17,573 nt of DNA from a virus (taxonomy: Duplodnaviria; Heunggongvirae; Uroviricota; Caudoviricetes). Below the pieces are notes generated by a model. That model saw only the letters and a list, made by a program, of their open reading frames with translations. It was not told the origin of the DNA and ran no database searches. Below, in pieces: positions 15,678 to 17,573 of this stretch. The stretch lies in the IMG/VR virus record IMGVR_UViG_2617270950_000003. One strand, 5' to 3'. Positions within the stretch are counted from its first letter, which is position 1. The number at the start of each line of letters is the position of its first letter. The position numbers were made by a program, and so were the translations under genes.

Positions 15678-16259
15678 ATGCAATACGATGAATTCCAGGC
15701 TGAAGCAACAGCCAATGGTATACGAACTGGCAGTATGACGATTGATTATCACGACGCCATACGTCGTCTGGATGCCGGAGAATTCGATACTCCTAATGTG
15801 CGAGGTTTACGTATCCTTCAGTGTCTGGCGCAAGCCGACGAAGCAGGATTACTGGGTAAACTTCCGGTTGAGATGAAGGTTGCTCAGTGGCGATGGTTGT
15901 ATGTGACGACATTCATCAACGAAGAAGAAGACAAGAACGGCACAATTGATATCCTGAATGAACACGGAACAACTGAACACGCCGTGGTATATAACGGGAT
16001 GTATGGGTTTATGACGATATATCCCGGCCCCATTCGATTTGCCTTACAACAGTATATTGAATGGAATTTAATTCAAAAATACGGCGAAGCTGAAGGAATG
16101 GGAAGAGCGCTGTTTCTTTATCAGAAAATGCTCACTACTTCCCCTGATAAAGGTTTCATTCTTTCAGATATGGGTCGAGAAGGGCTTGAAATCCTTCTGG
16201 ATGAAATTATTAACGAAATGAATACTCATGGCATGCAATCCGAAACAGATATTAAGTAA
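15678..16259 (+). CDS. hypothetical protein (193 aa)
   Basis: ORF track; GAGGAA SD before the ATG. No family recognised. Confidence 0.55.
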   Translation: MQYDEFQAEATANGIRTGSMTIDYHDAIRRLDAGEFDTPNVRGLRILQCLAQADEAGLLGKLPVEMKVAQWRWLYVTTFINEEEDKNGTIDILNEHGTTEHAVVYNGMYGFMTIYPGPIRFALQQYIEWNLIQKYGEAEGMGRALFLYQKMLTTSPDKGFILSDMGREGLEILLDEIINEMNTHGMQSETDIK

Positions 16260-16269
16260 AAGGGACCAC

Positions 16270-16518
16270 ATGACCGTTATCGAGTATATCCAGGAAAATC
16301 CAGATTGCAGTAGAGAAGATATATCCCTCGCACTTGGAAGAAGCGCAACTTCTATCAGTAATGAATTATCACGGTTATTGTGGAATGGGTTAATAGTACG
16401 AACTGGAGAAAAAAACAAAATGATTCTGTACTGCGTAAACAATCTGCCGTTTGGATACAGCAATCCCCTAAGTGTTATGTTCAACCAGTTACTTAAACAG
16501 GTAAGAAATGGCAACTGA
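16270..16518 (+). CDS. hypothetical small protein (82 aa), possible winged-helix DNA binding
   Basis: Internal ATG at 16270 with AAGGGA SD. Segment DISLALGRSATSISNELSRLLWNGLIVR looks HTH-like by eye. Confidence 0.5.
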   Translation: MTVIEYIQENPDCSREDISLALGRSATSISNELSRLLWNGLIVRTGEKNKMILYCVNNLPFGYSNPLSVMFNQLLKQVRNGN

Positions 16519-16825
16519 CTCACAACTAACCATAGAAACGGCCCTGAATGTCGGCCTGGCGCTCCTTGGTTATTTTTACATCGTGTTCTGCAGCGGACGG
16601 TGGCTGTCGCTGTTGTTCCTGAAAAAATGGAATAAACGCCGTAAGCAGGATGAACGCCAGAAGGCAATGAATGCGTTTTCCGAAGCCTTCGGAATTGACG
16701 GCATGGAACCAGGGGATCCAGCTCGCGCAATCAGCAGAGGGGGTGTAGTAATCCTTGTATATCGGAGTGAAGAGAAAAATGACGATCACAAAACAACGAG
16801 TAGAAAAAATCATATATCGCCATGA
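16508..16825 (+). CDS. hypothetical membrane protein (105 aa, one predicted TM helix)
   Basis: Hydrophobic segment ALNVGLALLGYFYIVFCSGRWLSLLFL followed by a basic stretch. Start overlaps the upstream stop. Confidence 0.45.
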   Translation: MATDSQLTIETALNVGLALLGYFYIVFCSGRWLSLLFLKKWNKRRKQDERQKAMNAFSEAFGIDGMEPGDPARAISRGGVVILVYRSEEKNDDHKTTSRKNHISP

Positions 16826-17093
16826 AATGGGACTGAACAGCGATGTCACTGCCGAAGAGGTTTATGACCTGGCTGTACTGGCGCTGAATTTATCAAATAT
16901 CGCAAACCTGAAGCGATACGAGCTTGATATGGATGGTTGCGACTCGTGCGGTCAGGATTGTGGCGCAGATATGACTGAAGATCCTGATGGTGATTATGTC
17001 CTGTTTGATGACGTGGTTAAGTTGTTTGAATTTGATACAACCACTCAAAAGTTAGAAATCCCGGCAAAGGAGGCTGCCAGTGAGCAAGATTGA
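16779..17093 (+). CDS. hypothetical acidic protein (104 aa) with a CDSCGQDCG Cys cluster
   Basis: Internal ATG at 16779 with a GGAGTGAAGAG SD-like sequence. Confidence 0.5.
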   Translation: MTITKQRVEKIIYRHEMGLNSDVTAEEVYDLAVLALNLSNIANLKRYELDMDGCDSCGQDCGADMTEDPDGDYVLFDDVVKLFEFDTTTQKLEIPAKEAASEQD

Positions 17094-17265
17094 CTATCAG
17101 GCACTGCGCGAGGCGGCGGAACAGGCAACGCAAGATGAATGGGTAGCATATATTTTGCCGGGTCATAACGGCATTTATCCTGCGCGCACGTTTGAGGGTA
17201 GGCATTGTGCGGATACTTTATTGACTGGCCTGGCGTCTGTCAGGGGCGGGAGAGCATCAACATGA
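17080..17265 (+). CDS. hypothetical small protein (61 aa)
   Basis: GTG start at 17080 preceded by AAGGAGG. Stop overlaps the next ATG in an ATGA arrangement. Confidence 0.5.
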   Translation: MSKIDYQALREAAEQATQDEWVAYILPGHNGIYPARTFEGRHCADTLLTGLASVRGGRAST

Positions 17266-17573
17266 GCATCAGAACCTACGCAGTGAATTGCAATGACGCA
17301 TGGCTAAACACCGAAGGTGATGACATCTCCGGCTCATACGTTAAGTACAAAGACCATCAGGAAGTGGTTGCCGCTCTTGAGGCCAAGTGCGCGGCGCTGG
17401 CAGCGGAGAATGCGGGAATAAAGTCTGCAATTCCAGAATCACGGGATATTGAAGATGACAATGACAATATGGATGACGTATCTCTCGCGGAAGACTTCGG
17501 GTTCAATCATGCAATAGAACGGATGAGGAGACAGATACCTGAAACGCCAACCACTGATGCTTTCCTGGCTGAA
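17262..17573 (+). CDS. hypothetical protein, 5' partial (open to the window end)
   Basis: ATG at 17262 in an ATGA overlap with the upstream stop. The frame stays open for 104 codons to position 17573. Confidence 0.5.
   Translation, partial: MSIRTYAVNCNDAWLNTEGDDISGSYVKYKDHQEVVAALEAKCAALAAENAGIKSAIPESRDIEDDNDNMDDVSLAEDFGFNHAIERMRRQIPETPTTDAFLAE

Noticed and set aside
1-17573. CRISPR array or other long regularly spaced repeat
   Set aside because: No regularly spaced direct repeats of 25-40 bp were seen. The only repeat clusters are the iterons, the 21-bp tandem duplication and the two 62-bp paralog blocks.
1-17573. Integrase, transposase or IS element
   Set aside because: No ORF shows tyrosine or serine recombinase or DDE transposase motifs, and no terminal inverted repeats were seen; the attachment site and int gene are presumably outside the window.

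Overview
The window reads as about 17.5 kb of an enterobacterial (E. coli-type) lambdoid prophage, drawn in reverse relative to the usual lambda map. Everything here is from reading the sequence and ORF track plus recalled family knowledge; no searches or folding were run. From left to right on the minus strand: a hypothetical gene (103-447) and an S21-type pinholin, a frameshifted nanS-p-like esterase, an ileZ-argN-argO-like tRNA cluster, a DNA adenine methyltransferase, a Q-like antiterminator with a tR'-like terminator, a DUF968-like gene, a DnaB/DnaC/O-like replication module with iterons (O reading frame interrupted), three Rha-family genes and a possible cro. On the plus strand: a CI-like LexA-type repressor, a two-gene accessory operon in the rexAB-equivalent slot, and the start of an early-left operon of small unrecognised proteins. 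The layout matches Stx-converting phages, but the slot where stx would sit holds only terminators. Best candidates for something undescribed are the cI-proximal operon with its repeated GTATCA motifs, the duplicated Rha module, the holin-coupled 114-aa gene and the unrecognised early-left genes. All of these are hypotheses.
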